DNA from: Coraliomargaritaceae bacterium
GTDB taxonomy: Bacteria; Verrucomicrobiota; Verrucomicrobiia; Opitutales; Coraliomargaritaceae
Length of the DNA stretch: 64,000 nucleotides
Reading direction: 5' to 3'
NCBI GenBank assembly: GCA_965656495.1
Contig: CBFHKU010000002.1
Span: 64,001-128,000 of the forward strand
Shown: one piece after another, positions 13,513-25,799 of the stretch
How the letters are laid out: each line of letters begins with the position of its first letter
Position numbering within the stretch: position 1 is the first letter of the stretch
Program-made: the position numbers and the translations under genes
The notes under the pieces: generated by a model
What the model was told of the DNA's origin: nothing
Databases searched by the model: none
The model's input: only the letters and a program-made list of their open reading frames with translations

Positions 13513-14528
13513 TCCTCAACGCCGCTTTCCTCGGCGCGCACCGAGAGTACCGCCTTCAATAAAGCGCCCTTCAAAGCATCGAAGCCCTCATCCGACACAC
13601 AGGAAATCGGGTATAGCGGATGCTTACACTTCTTCTCAAAAACCTTGAGGTTTTCCGGCGCATTCGGTTCATCCATTTTATTTGCCGCAACCAAGACCGG
13701 TTTGCGCGACAAAGCCGCCTTATAAAGCTTCAATTCGTTCTGCAGCACCCGTAAATCCGCGATGGGTTCACGGTCATCGGTGCCTTGCATATCGATCATG
13801 ATAAGCAAAACCTTGCAACGCTCCACATGCTTCAGGAAACGATGCCCCAAGCCCCGGTTATCACTGGCACCCTCCACCAAACCCGGAATGTCCGCCACCG
13901 TGATCCGTTCAAACGCCTCCGGAAATTCCAATACTCCCACCGTCGGGAAAAGCGTCGTAAACGGATAGGCACCCGTCTTCGGATGCGCATTCGTGATCAT
14001 ATTCAACAAAGTTGATTTCCCCGCGTTCGGAAATCCGATCAAACCCACATCCGCAATCGTCTTGATCACCAAACGGTAGTCACCCGATTCACCCAATTTC
14101 CCCAGTGTAAATTCCCGTGGCGCTTGATTGGTCGAAGATTTAAAAACGGTATTGCCCTTTCCCCCTTCACCGCCTTCCAACAATAGCACCCGCTGCCCGT
14201 GCTCCGTCACCTCCGCGACCATCGCATCCGTTTCCCGGTCATAGACCACCGTGCCAACCGGGAGCTTCAGTTCAATATCCTCACCCTTCGCACCGTATTG
14301 ATTGCTTCCCCGCCCGGGTTCGCCGTTGCGCGCCTTCCAACCGGGCTTGAAATGATACGTGGTCAAATCCGCAACGTTCTCGTCCGCCACCAGATACACA
14401 TCCCCGCCGCGGCCACCGTTGCCGCCATCCGGGCCCCCCTTCGGTTCATATTTCGCCCGGCGAAAACTAAAGCAGCCGTCGCCGCCCTTCCCCGCTGAAA
14501 AGCTTACTTTCACTTCATCGTAAAACAC
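13509..14528 (-). CDS. obgE: GTPase Obg/CgtA
   Basis: Gly-rich Obg fold ([12 protein letters not shown]), [21 protein letters not shown]. Confidence 0.97.
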   Translation of the reverse strand: MFYDEVKVSFSAGKGGDGCFSFRRAKYEPKGGPDGGNGGRGGDVYLVADENVADLTTYHFKPGWKARNGEPGRGSNQYGAKGEDIELKLPVGTVVYDRETDAMVAEVTEHGQRVLLLEGGEGGKGNTVFKSSTNQAPREFTLGKLGESGDYRLVIKTIADVGLIGFPNAGKSTLLNMITNAHPKTGAYPFTTLFPTVGVLEFPEAFERITVADIPGLVEGASDNRGLGHRFLKHVERCKVLLIMIDMQGTDDREPIADLRVLQNELKLYKAALSRKPVLVAANKMDEPNAPENLKVFEKKCKHPLYPISCVSDEGFDALKGALLKAVLSVRAEESGVED

Positions 14529-14592
14529 CCATCACCTTTGCCCGCCCGACATAGGCATTGCAACTGCAAAGCACATCCCACATCTCTATTCT

Positions 14593-15534
14593 GTGGTTCA
14601 CGATAAAACAGTCGCCGTCATCGATGTCGGAAGCAATTCCATCAAACTCCTCGTTGCCGCTGCGGCGCTCCCCCATTCCCCCGTCGAGGCCCGCTTCACC
14701 GAAACCATCGAGACCCGTATCAGTGCCGGCATCAGCCACGCCAAACCCGAACTCACCGACCGCGCCATGGACGCCGGTAGTGCCAGTATCAAAGAACTCC
14801 TGCGTCTTGCAGAAAAATTTGACCCGATTGCCATTCAAATCGTTGCAACCAGCGCAGTACGCGATGCCCACAACGGCATGGATTTCATCGACCGCATCAA
14901 GAACGAGACCGGTCATATCATACAAGTCCTCAGCGGCGAGCAGGAAGCCAGCTACATTGGAGGCGGACTCACTTGTGACCCGCAATTGCAGGACCTCCAC
15001 AACTTTCTGCAAATGGACCTCGGCGGCGGAAGCCTCGAACTGGTTCGTTTTGCAAACAATACAATCGAGCAGGCGGTCTCCCTCCAACTGGGGTCGGTAC
15101 GCTTGAGCGAGGCATTCCTGAAGGATCGCGATGCCCCGCTGGCATCCGATACTCAGGCGCAAATCCGCGAACACGTCCACCGCGCCCTCTCCCTTGCCGC
15201 ATTTGATTTTCAGCCCACCCACTGGCCGATCCTTATGACCGGTGGAGCCGCCACCGTCACCCGAGCGATCCTCGCCGCCCGCAACAACCAGGCCATCGAC
15301 GAAATCTCCCCCCGGCTGGAACTGCAGACCCTTTCCGCCTTGCGCACCGAACTCGCTGCGCTTCCGTTGCATGAACGCCTCTCCGTTCCCCACCTGCCCG
15401 CGCGCCGCGCCGACATTCTCCCAGTCGCCCTGCTTACCATTGAAACCCTCCTGCAATTCGCCGGGCGCGACGCAACGACCCATTCCTTCTACAACTTGCG
15501 CTATGGAGTGGCCCGCGAGGCGCTCAAGACGTAG
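14593..15534 (+). CDS. ppx: Ppx/GppA family exopolyphosphatase
   Basis: [36 protein letters not shown]. Confidence 0.88.
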   Translation: MVHDKTVAVIDVGSNSIKLLVAAAALPHSPVEARFTETIETRISAGISHAKPELTDRAMDAGSASIKELLRLAEKFDPIAIQIVATSAVRDAHNGMDFIDRIKNETGHIIQVLSGEQEASYIGGGLTCDPQLQDLHNFLQMDLGGGSLELVRFANNTIEQAVSLQLGSVRLSEAFLKDRDAPLASDTQAQIREHVHRALSLAAFDFQPTHWPILMTGGAATVTRAILAARNNQAIDEISPRLELQTLSALRTELAALPLHERLSVPHLPARRADILPVALLTIETLLQFAGRDATTHSFYNLRYGVAREALKT

Positions 15535-16462
15535 GACGCAAGGCCGCCTCCAAAGATTTGAAATCTGCCGGTAAGGCTGCTTCAAAGCGCTGCTCTGTCC
15601 CCGTTTCCGGGTGCGGCAAACGCAATTCAGCCGCATGCAACATCACCCTCGGCACCGTCACACCCTTCAAAGCGTTCGCCTTAAAACCATAGGTGCTGTC
15701 TCCCAAGAGGGGATGCTTCAAAGAACTCATGTGCACCCGTATTTGATGCGTACGCCCCGTGTGAATCACGCAGGAAACCCGCGCCGCCCGTTCTTCAAAA
15801 ACTTCCTCCACTTTCCAATCGGTGTGCGCAGTGCGCCCACCTGCCTGAACTGCCATGCGCGTACGATGCACCGGATGCCTGCCGATCGGCTCGCGACAGG
15901 AACCGGATTCCACTCGCGGCACGCCCATCACCAATGCCGCGTAGCGTTTGTAGGTACTGCGTTCACTGAAAGCCTTTGCTAAGCGATGGTGCGCCAGATC
16001 CGTCTTTGCCACCACAATCAAGCCCGTGGTCTCCTTATCCAGACGATGCACAATTCCCGGTCGTTCCGGGCTCCCCACCGAGCTCAATCCCCCCTTCGTG
16101 TGATGCAGGAGTGCGTGCACCAGCGTGTCCTCACCCGTTCCGCTCCCGGGGTGCGTAATCATGCCCGCCGCTTTATTCACCACCACCATACAGGCATCTT
16201 CAAAAACAATCTCCAACGGAATCGCCATCGCGCGCGGACCCTCGCCACTATCAAGTTCCTCCAATTCCGCCCGCAAAAGCCCCGGCCCGTTCAATTTGTG
16301 GCGCTTTCCAATCACCGCCCCTTCATAAGTCACCTTGCCCGCCTCAAAGGCCCGTTGGAGCCGTGCCCGGCTCACATCCTCAAACGCCGCCGCAAAGACT
16401 TTATCCGCCCGTTCACCCTGCACCGTTTCCGGAACATGGCATTCAATCAAACGCTCAGCCAT
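15524..16462 (-). CDS. rluD: RluA-family pseudouridine synthase (RluD-like, with S4 domain)
   Basis: [32 protein letters not shown]. Confidence 0.88.
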   Translation of the reverse strand: MAERLIECHVPETVQGERADKVFAAAFEDVSRARLQRAFEAGKVTYEGAVIGKRHKLNGPGLLRAELEELDSGEGPRAMAIPLEIVFEDACMVVVNKAAGMITHPGSGTGEDTLVHALLHHTKGGLSSVGSPERPGIVHRLDKETTGLIVVAKTDLAHHRLAKAFSERSTYKRYAALVMGVPRVESGSCREPIGRHPVHRTRMAVQAGGRTAHTDWKVEEVFEERAARVSCVIHTGRTHQIRVHMSSLKHPLLGDSTYGFKANALKGVTVPRVMLHAAELRLPHPETGTEQRFEAALPADFKSLEAALRPTS

Positions 16463-17399
16463 CACTCACCTGTTCACGTGCCCATGCCACGTCTTGCGCA
16501 ATTTGCGCCCGCAAGACCGCCTCCGTTTCAAACTTCTGCTCACCACGTAGGAAATCGAGCCATTCGACCTCTACCAACGCACCGGCATCCAGTTCTGTTC
16601 CATCCAGCGCATGTACCTCCAGAGCCGGCTCTGCGGTTTCCGAAACTGTCGGCTTCACCCCGTAGTTTGCAATACCATCCTCCCATTGGCTTGCGCCCGC
16701 AGCCCGCAGCCGCACCCGATAAACCCCAAAACGGGGCAGGCATTCGGGAGCCCAGGGCAAATTCAATGTCGGGAAACCAAACTCGCGACCCTTCTTCGCG
16801 CCCGCAACCACCTTTCCGGTAAAACCATAACGATAGCCCAAAAGGGCATTCACCGATTCAATCGCGCCATTTTCCAGAGCCTCACGAATACGGGTACTGC
16901 TGATTGCTTCCCCATCATGCTGTAATCGTTCCACCACCGTGACACTCAAACCAACGGCCTCACCCGTCTGTTTTAACAGTGCCGCATCGCCCGCCCGTTG
17001 CCGCCCAAAGCGGAAATTTGAACCCACCGAGATCCCTTTTAGGCTCGGCATCGCTCCCTTCAAAAAGGAGGCAAAATCCGCAGCCTCAATCGCCGCAAAT
17101 GCAGCATCAAATTGTTTCCCAATCACAACCTGAACCCCTTCACCGTGCAACAAAGCAATCTTTTGCGAAATCGGTAGAATCAGGCGCGTGCCCTCCGCCC
17201 CCCGGAATAAACGGCTCGGGTGCGGATCAAAGGTCAAGACCCCACTCACCCCACCTGCATCCCCGGCAGCGGTGACCGCTGAACCAACCACCGCCTTGTG
17301 GCCGCGATGCATCCCATCAAAGACCCCAATCGCCAAATACAAGGGCAACTCCAGGCCTTGCAACGCCTCAAAATCAGATACCCTCGCAGGAAAATTCAT
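16455..17399 (-). CDS. ribF: Bifunctional riboflavin kinase/FAD synthetase
   Basis: [37 protein letters not shown]. Confidence 0.95.
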   Translation of the reverse strand: MNFPARVSDFEALQGLELPLYLAIGVFDGMHRGHKAVVGSAVTAAGDAGGVSGVLTFDPHPSRLFRGAEGTRLILPISQKIALLHGEGVQVVIGKQFDAAFAAIEAADFASFLKGAMPSLKGISVGSNFRFGRQRAGDAALLKQTGEAVGLSVTVVERLQHDGEAISSTRIREALENGAIESVNALLGYRYGFTGKVVAGAKKGREFGFPTLNLPWAPECLPRFGVYRVRLRAAGASQWEDGIANYGVKPTVSETAEPALEVHALDGTELDAGALVEVEWLDFLRGEQKFETEAVLRAQIAQDVAWAREQVSDG

Positions 17400-17408
17400 C
17401 GTATTTGC

Positions 17409-18125
17409 TTAAAGTGCGTGACTCGGTACCGCTTGTAAGACCGGAATCAAATGTTTGCGCAGGGCGGTCGGAGTCGCCTCCGCCAAGACCTCCAAGGTGC
17501 TTCCGTTTTCAATTCTAAAATCCCCAATCCCGGTGCGGCGCAACACATTCAAATGCGCCCCGCAGCCAATTTTTTCGCCGAGGTCATGCGCGATCGTCCG
17601 CACATAGGTCCCCTTACTACAGGCCACTAAAAAAGAGATCTCCGGCGAAACAAAGTCCGTCATTTCAAAACGACTGATATGGATCACTCTCGGCTCCCGC
17701 TCCACCGTCTTTCCCTTGCGCGCCAATTTGTAGAGCGGTTGTCCGCCCACCTTCTTTGCCGAAAACATCGGGGGCGTCTGATACTGGTCACCCACAAAGG
17801 TTTTCATTTGCGCCAATACCTCTGCTTCGGTCAATTCCGGAACCGGGCGTTCCTCCACAAGCTCGCCCTCCGCATCCTGCGAGTCCGTGCTTTGCCCCAA
17901 TCGCAAGGTTCCGGTGTATTCCTTGTCCATGCTCATGAGGTATTGCGAGACCTTCGTCGCCTTACCCACCAGAATAATCATGAGGCCCGTCGCCATCGGA
18001 TCCAGCGTGCCGGCATGACCCACCTTTTTCATGTGAAAAATTCGCCGTACCCGATCCACCACATCATGCGAGGTGATGCCCTTGGGTTTGTCGACCAATA
18101 GAATGCCTTCTGGATCCTGATTCAT
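17409..18125 (-). CDS. truB: tRNA pseudouridine(55) synthase
   Basis: [30 protein letters not shown]. Confidence 0.97.
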   Translation of the reverse strand: MNQDPEGILLVDKPKGITSHDVVDRVRRIFHMKKVGHAGTLDPMATGLMIILVGKATKVSQYLMSMDKEYTGTLRLGQSTDSQDAEGELVEERPVPELTEAEVLAQMKTFVGDQYQTPPMFSAKKVGGQPLYKLARKGKTVEREPRVIHISRFEMTDFVSPEISFLVACSKGTYVRTIAHDLGEKIGCGAHLNVLRRTGIGDFRIENGSTLEVLAEATPTALRKHLIPVLQAVPSHAL

Positions 18126-18128
18126 AAT

Positions 18129-19145
18129 TTATTTTTTGGCTGGCTCCGGCGGCGTGCCCAATGCTTTGAGATGTTGATCAATCGCTTCGATTAGGGTCGC
18201 CCGAAAGTCATGCAAGCTGCACCCCTGCATATTCAAGCCCGCCGCGCAGGCATGGCCACCCCCGTTGAATTGCTGCGCCACTTGATCAACGCGGTAAAAC
18301 GGATCTTTTGAACGCAGGCTTCCCTTAATCGCACCGTCGCGCACCTCCAGAAAAACACCCACGTCCACATCCCGAATCGAGCGGGCGTAATCCACCAAGC
18401 CCTCCGAATCATCCACACAGGCGCCGCAGTCCGCATAGACTCCGTCTTCAATCATACCCACACAGACCCGGCCGTTCAGTTCCAACTTTAAGGAGGCGAG
18501 GAAATGTTGGAGCAGCTTGAATTTCCCAAAGCTTTCATTCTCGTAGAGCTCAAAGGCCGCCGCTGCGGGGTTCGCCCCCAATTCACAAAGGCGACGCGCA
18601 ATTTCAAAGGTCTCCGGAGTTGTTGATGGAAAACGAAACTGTCCCGTGTCCGTCGCAATACCCACATAAAGATTTTGCGCGGTGAGCGGATCCACTTCGT
18701 AACCATTATCAAAGCAAAAGCCCGCCAAGACCTCTGCCGTGGCGCAGGCCGTACCGATTATCAAATTCTTCCGAGCGTAGGCCTTGTTCGAAATATGATG
18801 ATCGATGTTCAAGTCGATCTCCGGGAAGCATTCCTGTAGTCGGTCCCCAATGCGTTTGCGGTCGGCGCAATCCACCGTTACCGCTACATATCCCGCCGCT
18901 TCAAAATCCTCCGCCCGCAGCAGCGGTGTGTCTCCCACAAAGGCTTTCAGGTTTTCCGGCACCGCATCACGGTTCACCGCTTCCGCCTCAATTCCCATCG
19001 CATTCAAGATCCGCGTCAGCGCCACCATCGACCCAATACAATCGCCATCCGGGCGAAAATGCCCCAGCACCGCTACTTTTGAGCCACGCAGATCTTCGAT
19101 TGCTTCGGCAAAAACCGCACTCTCCTCAGGATAATATTTATTCAT
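18129..19145 (-). CDS. nrnA: DHH/DHHA1 phosphoesterase (nanoRNase)
   Basis: [24 protein letters not shown]; usual position between rbfA and truB; start 19145 overlaps the rbfA stop. Confidence 0.85.
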   Translation of the reverse strand: MNKYYPEESAVFAEAIEDLRGSKVAVLGHFRPDGDCIGSMVALTRILNAMGIEAEAVNRDAVPENLKAFVGDTPLLRAEDFEAAGYVAVTVDCADRKRIGDRLQECFPEIDLNIDHHISNKAYARKNLIIGTACATAEVLAGFCFDNGYEVDPLTAQNLYVGIATDTGQFRFPSTTPETFEIARRLCELGANPAAAAFELYENESFGKFKLLQHFLASLKLELNGRVCVGMIEDGVYADCGACVDDSEGLVDYARSIRDVDVGVFLEVRDGAIKGSLRSKDPFYRVDQVAQQFNGGGHACAAGLNMQGCSLHDFRATLIEAIDQHLKALGTPPEPAKK

Positions 19146-19488
19146 GGGTATCACTTTCATTCAAGTCGTCGAGTAGTTCATTGATATAGGCCCCCCGCTC
19201 CATGGAAGGGTCATAACAAAATTCAAAATTAGGGAAGTATTTCAGAATGACCCGTTTCTTTACGCGGTCTCGCAAATCGCGACCGACCCGCCGAAATAGG
19301 TTCCGCGCTTTGTCAACCGCTGCCGCATCTCCGATCACGGAGTAATAAATACGCGCCGAGCGCAGGTCGCTGCTCGTATCGACACTGCTGATCGTAATGG
19401 GGGTGGCCTCACCACGATAGCGCTGGTGCAACTGCTCGCTGATCTCGCGCTGCAACAATTCGTTTACCCGTGTAATACGTTTCGACAT
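19138..19488 (-). CDS. rbfA: Ribosome-binding factor A
   Basis: [14 protein letters not shown]...[10 protein letters not shown]...[10 protein letters not shown]; follows infB. Confidence 0.93.
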   Translation of the reverse strand: MSKRITRVNELLQREISEQLHQRYRGEATPITISSVDTSSDLRSARIYYSVIGDAAAVDKARNLFRRVGRDLRDRVKKRVILKYFPNFEFCYDPSMERGAYINELLDDLNESDTHE

Positions 19489-19533
19489 AAATTCAAGGGA
19501 TGGGACCTTAATTTGCCGCGCGTGAAATCACCC

Positions 19534-21942
19534 TTAGCGCAAGGAAGGACGGATCTCCTCAACCTCAAAGCATTCAATGCTGTCGCCCTCTTCGTAGGCG
19601 TCATAGCCTTCAACATTCACCCCGCACTCGTAACCGGCACGGACTTCCTTCACGTCGTCCTTAAAGCGTTTGAGGGTTGAAATCTTGCCCTCGTGCACCA
19701 CTTCACCCTTGCGCACCACACAGGCTTTTCCGGAGCGCGTGATCGTTCCCTCGGTGACCATACAACCCGCCACCGCGCGGCCCTTGCCGAGACTGAAGAC
19801 TTGGCGTACTTCCGCCGCACCGCTCTTGCTCTCACGCAATTCCGGTTCCAGCAGCGCCGCCATCTCTTCCTCTACTTGATCCAACAATTCGTAAATGATC
19901 TCGTGCTGGATGATCCGAACATCGTGATGCTTCGCGATTCCCTGCACCCCGGTATCCAGTTTCACGTTAAATCCAATGATGCATGAACCGCCCGCTCCCG
20001 CGAGGGTGACGTCATTCTTGGTAATGTTGCCCACCCCTACATGGATGATATCGAGATCAACCTTGTCGCTTTCAATTTCTGTGAGCGCATTCGCCAGCGC
20101 TTCCGCCGAACCGTGGACATCCGATTTCACGATCAAACGCAGGCATTTCTTCTGCTGTTTTTCAATCGCCGCAAACAAATCTTCTACCGTTGCGCCACCG
20201 CTTTCCTTGGCCTCGCCCTCCTGCTGGCGTGTATTAGCATCCCGCTTGCGTTGGTAGGTAATCTCCTCCGCTTCGCGCTTCGCGGTCTTTTCGTTTTTGC
20301 AGGTCACGAAACGATCCCCCGAAGCCGGAACCCCGGACCAACCCAACACCTTCACCGGAGTGGAAGGCGGAGCCGCGTTCAAGGTCTTGCCGTTTTCATC
20401 CATCAAAGACTTCACCCGGCAATAGGCTTCCCCACACAAGAGCGCATCCCCACGCTTCAGTGTTCCTTTTTCAACGATCACCGAAGCGGTCGGTCCACGA
20501 CCGTGTTCAATTTGAGATTCAATAATAATTCCCGAGGCCGCACAGTCCGGATTCGCCTTTAATTCAAGCACCTCCGCCTGCAGAAGAATCATATCCAACA
20601 AATCCTCGATATTGGTACCGTTCAGTGCCGAAACTTCCACCGTGACCGTTTCGCCGCCCCAATCCTCAGGCGCGATACCCTTCTCCTGCATCTGTTGCTT
20701 CACGCGGTCCACGTTCGCCCCTTTTGCGTCGGTCTTGTTGATCGCCACCACGATGGCATTGTTCGCCTGTTGTGCAAATTTCAAGGCCTCCTCCGTCTGC
20801 GGCTTGAAGGCATCATCCGCCGCAATCACCAAGACCGCGATGTCCGTTACATTGGTTCCACGCGCCCGCATCATCGAGAATGCCGCGTGACCGGGAGTAT
20901 CGATAAAGCTGATCTTCTGACCGTTGTGCGTCACTTGATACGCACCGATATGCTGCGTGATGCCACCCGCTTCGCCGGCGGTCACATTCGCCTTCCGGAT
21001 CGTATCGAGCAAAGTGGTCTTACCGTGATCGACATGCCCGAGAATACACACCACCGGTGGGCGATCCTTCAAAAAGCGCGGGTCATCGTCGTCAACCTTC
21101 TCGACTTTGGGCTTTTGAGCACCCCCTTCACCTTGTTCGCCACGGTGATGGATCTCCAATTCAAAACCATGACGCGAGGCCAACACTTTCGCAGTCGATT
21201 CCTCAATGCTTTGATTCATCGAGGCAAAAATTCCCATCTCCATCAATTCCGAGATCAGCTTGAATGGCTTCAGTCCCAACTCGAGGGCGAAATCACGCAC
21301 CACGATCGGAGGCTTCACGTGCAGCACTTTTTTCTCAGCTCCCTCAGTATCACTTGAAGCCTCAGGAGAAGGCTCGCTTCCCTCGCTTACTTCACTCGTT
21401 TTCTGGGGAACCGGCGGGGCAGATGGCGCAGGCGGTGATCCCGCCGGAATCATCGGCGGGGTGCTCGGCGGACGGCTCGCGGGAACGGGCGGCGGGGTTG
21501 TTTTGGCAACCGGTGGCGCCTTGGGAGGTTCCGGCGAGGAAATGGTGACCGCAGGGGTTGGGGGCGTTCTCGGTGCGGGAGGTGTCGGCTTCGCAACGGG
21601 CGGTGGTGGTACCGCACGCGCCGCTTCCTTCGCAGCCTCTGCTTTCTCCGCCGCCGCGCGTGCCTCGCGCTCGCGCTCGATATCAGCCTTGCTCTTCACG
21701 ATCACCCCTTCCGGCATGACCGGTCCTTTGGCTTTTGGAGCTTCCACTTCGCTTTTGCTTTCCGAAGCATTTGGCTCCACAGCTTCCTTCGATCCAAATT
21801 CCTCCACCAGCGATTCCGCTGAAATATTGTCAACGGTGCTGGAGGCGCTCTTGACCTCGTATCCACGCTCACGCAGGAGTTCAATCAACTCCTTGTTGTC
21901 CATTCCGATTTGCTTAGAAAGCTGGTGTATGCGAACGCTCAT
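19534..21942 (-). CDS. infB: Translation initiation factor IF-2
   Basis: [27 protein letters not shown]; Pro-rich N-terminal linker. Confidence 0.98.
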   Translation of the reverse strand: MSVRIHQLSKQIGMDNKELIELLRERGYEVKSASSTVDNISAESLVEEFGSKEAVEPNASESKSEVEAPKAKGPVMPEGVIVKSKADIEREREARAAAEKAEAAKEAARAVPPPPVAKPTPPAPRTPPTPAVTISSPEPPKAPPVAKTTPPPVPASRPPSTPPMIPAGSPPAPSAPPVPQKTSEVSEGSEPSPEASSDTEGAEKKVLHVKPPIVVRDFALELGLKPFKLISELMEMGIFASMNQSIEESTAKVLASRHGFELEIHHRGEQGEGGAQKPKVEKVDDDDPRFLKDRPPVVCILGHVDHGKTTLLDTIRKANVTAGEAGGITQHIGAYQVTHNGQKISFIDTPGHAAFSMMRARGTNVTDIAVLVIAADDAFKPQTEEALKFAQQANNAIVVAINKTDAKGANVDRVKQQMQEKGIAPEDWGGETVTVEVSALNGTNIEDLLDMILLQAEVLELKANPDCAASGIIIESQIEHGRGPTASVIVEKGTLKRGDALLCGEAYCRVKSLMDENGKTLNAAPPSTPVKVLGWSGVPASGDRFVTCKNEKTAKREAEEITYQRKRDANTRQQEGEAKESGGATVEDLFAAIEKQQKKCLRLIVKSDVHGSAEALANALTEIESDKVDLDIIHVGVGNITKNDVTLAGAGGSCIIGFNVKLDTGVQGIAKHHDVRIIQHEIIYELLDQVEEEMAALLEPELRESKSGAAEVRQVFSLGKGRAVAGCMVTEGTITRSGKACVVRKGEVVHEGKISTLKRFKDDVKEVRAGYECGVNVEGYDAYEEGDSIECFEVEEIRPSLR

Positions 21943-21985
21943 AAATTAGGTGGATGCCGTGGTATGCTGTATCGAGTAGGTGTGT

Positions 21986-23236
21986 TTAGGTGTTTTGCGA
22001 GAGGTAGGCGTTAACCCGATCCAAAATCAATGCGGCCTCGTCTGCCGTAAAGCCTGCATCCGAAAGATCCTCCGCTCCAACGCCCTCAAAGGCCTCCGGG
22101 CTCGTAAATCCATGGGTCACCAAGCGCTCCGCCAGCGCCGGTTCAATGCCGGGGATCATATTGATTCCCTGCACCGCCTTCGCGATCTTCTGGTCAAAAC
22201 CGACCGCTTCCTGCTCGACCTTGCCGATGTCCAGCTTCCAACCCAGCAGACGCGAGGTCAGCTTGGCGTTGAAACCACGGCGGCCAATTGCGATCGAAAG
22301 ATCATCTTCCGCAACTTCAAAGTGGATCCGACGCTCGCCTTCATTGATGCGAATATTCTTCGGTACCGCGGGCTTAAGTGCCTCCTCCAGCAGTTGAATC
22401 GGGTCACTGTAATGGCGGATGATATCAATTTTTTCACCGCCCAATTCACGCACGATGGTCTTAACACGGGCACCGCGGGCACCCACACAAGCGCCTACCG
22501 GATCGACCTTGGGGTCCGCACTGTGCACCGCGATTTTAGTACGGTAACCCGCCTCGCGTGCCATCGCTTCAATCACGACCGTGCCGTCCGCGATTTCCGT
22601 GACCTCCAGTTCGAAGAGACGACGGACAAAATTTATATTGGAACGGGAAAGGATGATATCGGGGCCGCGGTTGGTCTGTTCGATCTTCAACAGGAGGCAA
22701 CGAATACTCTCGCCCGGTGCGTAATCCTCACCCGGTACGCGCTCGCGTGGCGGCAGAATCGCCTCCGCTTTACCGAGATCCACAACCAGGTCACCCCGAT
22801 CGCGGCGGCGCACCGTTCCCGTCACGATATCACCCACCGTGTCCTTGTAATCATCATAAATGCGGTCCTTCTCAAATTGACGAATGCGCTGCATGATCGC
22901 CTGCCGGGCCGTCTGCGCCGCGATGCGCCCGAGGAAAGCCGGGTCGATTTCCTTCTCTATGACCCCTCCGATTTCCGCTTCGGGAGACAATTGACGCGCT
23001 TTCTCGATATGAATTTCAGAAGCGGAGTCGCTGACTGAATCCACAACTTCGAGGGCATTCCATGCCTTTAAGGCGCCCGTCTTGGGGTTGATCTCCACCC
23101 GCACCTCTTGCGCGGAGCCGACCCCCCGTTGGGCGGCGCTGGCGATCGCTCCGGAGATCGCCGAGATCATGTCATCCCGCGCGATTCCCTTTTCCTTCTC
23201 CATGTATTCAAGAACGGATAATATTTCGTGGCTCAT
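21986..23236 (-). CDS. nusA: Transcription termination/antitermination factor NusA
   Basis: [11 protein letters not shown]1 domain, KH domains ([14 protein letters not shown]). Confidence 0.98.
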   Translation of the reverse strand: MSHEILSVLEYMEKEKGIARDDMISAISGAIASAAQRGVGSAQEVRVEINPKTGALKAWNALEVVDSVSDSASEIHIEKARQLSPEAEIGGVIEKEIDPAFLGRIAAQTARQAIMQRIRQFEKDRIYDDYKDTVGDIVTGTVRRRDRGDLVVDLGKAEAILPPRERVPGEDYAPGESIRCLLLKIEQTNRGPDIILSRSNINFVRRLFELEVTEIADGTVVIEAMAREAGYRTKIAVHSADPKVDPVGACVGARGARVKTIVRELGGEKIDIIRHYSDPIQLLEEALKPAVPKNIRINEGERRIHFEVAEDDLSIAIGRRGFNAKLTSRLLGWKLDIGKVEQEAVGFDQKIAKAVQGINMIPGIEPALAERLVTHGFTSPEAFEGVGAEDLSDAGFTADEAALILDRVNAYLSQNT

Positions 23237-23249
23237 TGTAGGTAAAAAT

Positions 23250-23273
23250 AAAAAAAGCGAGACAAGCCCGCTC
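23250..23273 (-). promoter_or_regulatory. Leader terminator/attenuator hairpin upstream of nusA (rimP-leader-like)
   Basis: Minus strand GAGCGGGCTTGTCTCGCTTTTTTT, 13 nt before the nusA ATG; a TTGACA -35 box lies upstream (plus-strand TGTCAA at 23328-23333). Confidence 0.6.
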
Positions 23274-23446
23274 TAAAGCTATGCTGTATAAATTGCGAAG
23301 AACCAAAATTGGAATGCCAAGGGGATTTGTCAAGCTATCGCTTGGACCGCCTTCAGTTTAGTCTTGCGCTGGAACCCCCTAAAAGCCCATAAAACAGAAC
23401 CCTGCTAAAGGATTCCCAGGGCGCCCTTCCGGCAACGACTGAATTC

Positions 23447-24160
23447 ATGAAAACCGTCCTTATTTATTCCGGTGGTCTCGATTCCACCGTCCTGCTTTAC
23501 CATCTCCTAGCGGAGGGAAAGGAGGTCCGCGCCCTCTCCGTCGATTACGGGCAGCGCCATGCCTGCGAACTCGACCATGCCGCCGCGATCTGCGCCGCCC
23601 GCCAAGTCCCCTTCCAACGCGCCGACCTCTCCGGCATCCGTCCCCTCCTTGCCGGGAGCAGCCTCACCTCCCCCGATATTCCCGTCGCAGAGGGCCATTA
23701 CACCGAAGCGAGCATGAAATCGACCGTGGTTCCAAACCGCAACATGCTCCTCCTCGCCCTCGCCACCAGCTACGCCCTCAGTTCCGGCGCCGCCGAAGTC
23801 GCCTATGCCGCACACCACGGGGATCACGCCATTTACCCCGATTGCCGCCCGGAATTTGCCGACGCCATGGCCACCGCGATCGGGCTCTGCGACTGGGATT
23901 CCGTGCGCCTCAGCCGCCCCTTCGTAGATTGGAGCAAGGCCGATATCGCAAAACGCGGCGCGGAACTGGGCGTCCCGTTCGAGCAAACATGGTCCTGTTA
24001 CAAGGGCGGCAAACTCCACTGCGGGCGCTGTGGCACCTGCATCGAACGCCGCGAAGCCTTCGACCTCGCCGGAATTGACGACCCCACCCCCTACGCCGAA
24101 GACGCTCCCGACCTCCAAACCCTCCGCGCCAACCACTGGCACCTGACCAATCCTTCTTAA
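23447..24160 (+). CDS. queC: 7-cyano-7-deazaguanine (preQ0) synthase
   Basis: [29 protein letters not shown]...HCGRCGTC. Confidence 0.97.
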   Translation: MKTVLIYSGGLDSTVLLYHLLAEGKEVRALSVDYGQRHACELDHAAAICAARQVPFQRADLSGIRPLLAGSSLTSPDIPVAEGHYTEASMKSTVVPNRNMLLLALATSYALSSGAAEVAYAAHHGDHAIYPDCRPEFADAMATAIGLCDWDSVRLSRPFVDWSKADIAKRGAELGVPFEQTWSCYKGGKLHCGRCGTCIERREAFDLAGIDDPTPYAEDAPDLQTLRANHWHLTNPS

Positions 24161-24167
24161 TCGCATC

Positions 24168-24599
24168 ATGCTCACCTGCCAAAAAACCTACCGCGACATC
24201 CCCTTCGCGCACCGCCAACATTTGCATGCGGGCCATTGCGCCCTTATCCACGGCCACAACTGGGCGATCACCCTGACCTTTGCCTGTCGCGAAACCGACC
24301 CCAACGGCTTTGTCGTGGATTTCGGCGACCTCAAATACCTCAAGGAATGGATTGAAACCCACCTCGATCACGCCTGCCTGTTCAACGAGGACGACCCCGA
24401 GCGCGAAGCCCTCCTAAAAGCACATGCATCCCTTTTCAAAACCTACCTCCTCCCCAATTGTTCCTGCGAGGGGATTGCCGAGCACCTGCACGGCATCTTT
24501 GACCCGATGGTGCGCCAACATACCAAGGAACGCGCCTGGATCACCGCCGTTGAAGTTGAGGAAGACAGCCGCAATTCCGCCCGCTTTCAGGCAGGATAG
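24168..24599 (+). CDS. queD: 6-carboxy-5,6,7,8-tetrahydropterin synthase
   Basis: AHR...[16 protein letters not shown]; between queC and queE. Confidence 0.92.
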   Translation: MLTCQKTYRDIPFAHRQHLHAGHCALIHGHNWAITLTFACRETDPNGFVVDFGDLKYLKEWIETHLDHACLFNEDDPEREALLKAHASLFKTYLLPNCSCEGIAEHLHGIFDPMVRQHTKERAWITAVEVEEDSRNSARFQAG

Positions 24600-24611
24600 T
24601 TTCTCCCCGCT

Positions 24612-25292
24612 ATGGCCCTCCCCATTCACGAACAATTTCACAGCTTTCAAGGCGAAGGCCTTCACCAAGGACGCGCCGCCTATTTCATCCGCACCTACGG
24701 TTGCCCTGTCCATTGCCCCTGGTGTGACTCCGCCGGCACCTGGCACCCCGACCACAAACCCGAGACCCTCGAACGCCCGGAAGCCGAGGCCCTCGCCCGC
24801 GCCGCCGCCGAATCCAACGCCGAATTCACCGTCATCACCGGCGGGGAACCCGCCATTCACGACCTCCGATCTTTGACCGATGCCCTCCACGCCGTCGGGC
24901 AAAGCGTGCACCTCGAAACCAGCGGCGCCTTCCCCCTACAGGGCGACTTCGACTGGATCACCCTCAGCCCCAAGCGGTGGCAACTCCCGCTCCCCGAAAA
25001 CCTCGCCCGCGCCAATGAAATCAAAATCATCGTCGATACCCCCGAGGCCATCACGGAATACACCAACGTAATCGGCGAAGCCCTCTGCTACCGCGTCCCC
25101 ATCTGGCTCCATCCCGAATGGTCCAAGCACCAAGATGCCACCATTCTCAACGCCATCACCCAATGGATCAAAACCAACGGCGCCCCCTTCCGCGCCGGTT
25201 GGCAGATTCACAAACACTTTGCCGCCGACACCCTCGATCCCCGCAGCGCCCCACCCGTCCCCCTCGGCGGCGATCCCAAGCTGGGCTTGTGA
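24612..25292 (+). CDS. queE: 7-carboxy-7-deazaguanine synthase (radical SAM)
   Basis: [15 protein letters not shown] (CxxxCxxC), TGGEP, ETSG, LSPK, QIHK. Confidence 0.95.
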   Translation: MALPIHEQFHSFQGEGLHQGRAAYFIRTYGCPVHCPWCDSAGTWHPDHKPETLERPEAEALARAAAESNAEFTVITGGEPAIHDLRSLTDALHAVGQSVHLETSGAFPLQGDFDWITLSPKRWQLPLPENLARANEIKIIVDTPEAITEYTNVIGEALCYRVPIWLHPEWSKHQDATILNAITQWIKTNGAPFRAGWQIHKHFAADTLDPRSAPPVPLGGDPKLGL

Positions 25293-25384
25293 GTATTGTG
25301 GGTGTTGTTGGTTGCTGTAAGTTGCTGTTGGTTGTTGGAGGACCCACGATGTTCGAAGTTCCTCAGTGGTTCTCCCCACTTTTA

Positions 25385-25428
25385 TTCTTAATCCTAACCT
25401 TACTCTTAATCTTACCCTCAATCTTCCT
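25385..25428. repeat. Degenerate hexamer repeat tract
   Basis: TTCTTA ATCCTA ACCTTA CTCTTA ATCTTA CCCTCA ATCTTC; reverse-complement tract at 25729-25768. Confidence 0.7.
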
Positions 25429-25503
25429 CAACAATTCGTGGCTTTCGTCGCTCGTTTCAGGGCACTTACCCAACCGCTGCTATTCATTTGCGAACTTAAA
25501 AGC

Positions 25504-25680
25504 GTAGAAGCGACACTCTTGTCGCTTTGCAGCCACCAGACGTGGAAGCGACACTCTTGTCGCTTTGCTAGCTAACAGACGTGGAAGCGACACTCTTGTC
25601 GCTTTGCAGCCACCGGACGTGGAAGCGACACTCTTGTCGCTTTGCTAGCCAACAAAAAGCGGCAGGATTGCCGCTTCCAC
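25504..25680. repeat. REP/BIME-like cluster 1: four tandem GTRG-palindrome units plus one inverted unit
   Basis: Units at 25504, 25542, 25581, 25619 of GTRGAAGCGACACTCTTGTCGCTTTGC with 38-39-bp period, closed by inverted AAAGCGGCAGGATTGCCGCTTCCAC. Confidence 0.9.
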
Positions 25681-25799
25681 GGTATAAACCCTGTCGCCAT
25701 TCATCTACGGTGAACAATTCCTCTTATCAAGAGTAAGATTAGGATTAAGAGTATGAGTAAGATTTAGGGTAATTCCAACCTTCATACTTTTTCACCTTC

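Noticed and set aside
14515..15636. 373-aa ORF antisense to ppx
   Set aside because: Overlaps a well-supported gene along its whole length; no family features.
21350..21680. Pro/Ala-rich repeats in infB as a separate element
   Set aside because: Low-complexity linkers are normal in IF-2 N-terminal regions.
21980..23038. 352-aa ORF antisense to nusA
   Set aside because: Shadow ORF of a conserved gene.
23447..25292. queCDE as part of a 7-deazaguanine DNA-modification (dpd) island
   Set aside because: No dpdA/tgt-like or other dpd genes nearby; housekeeping context favours tRNA queuosine precursor synthesis.
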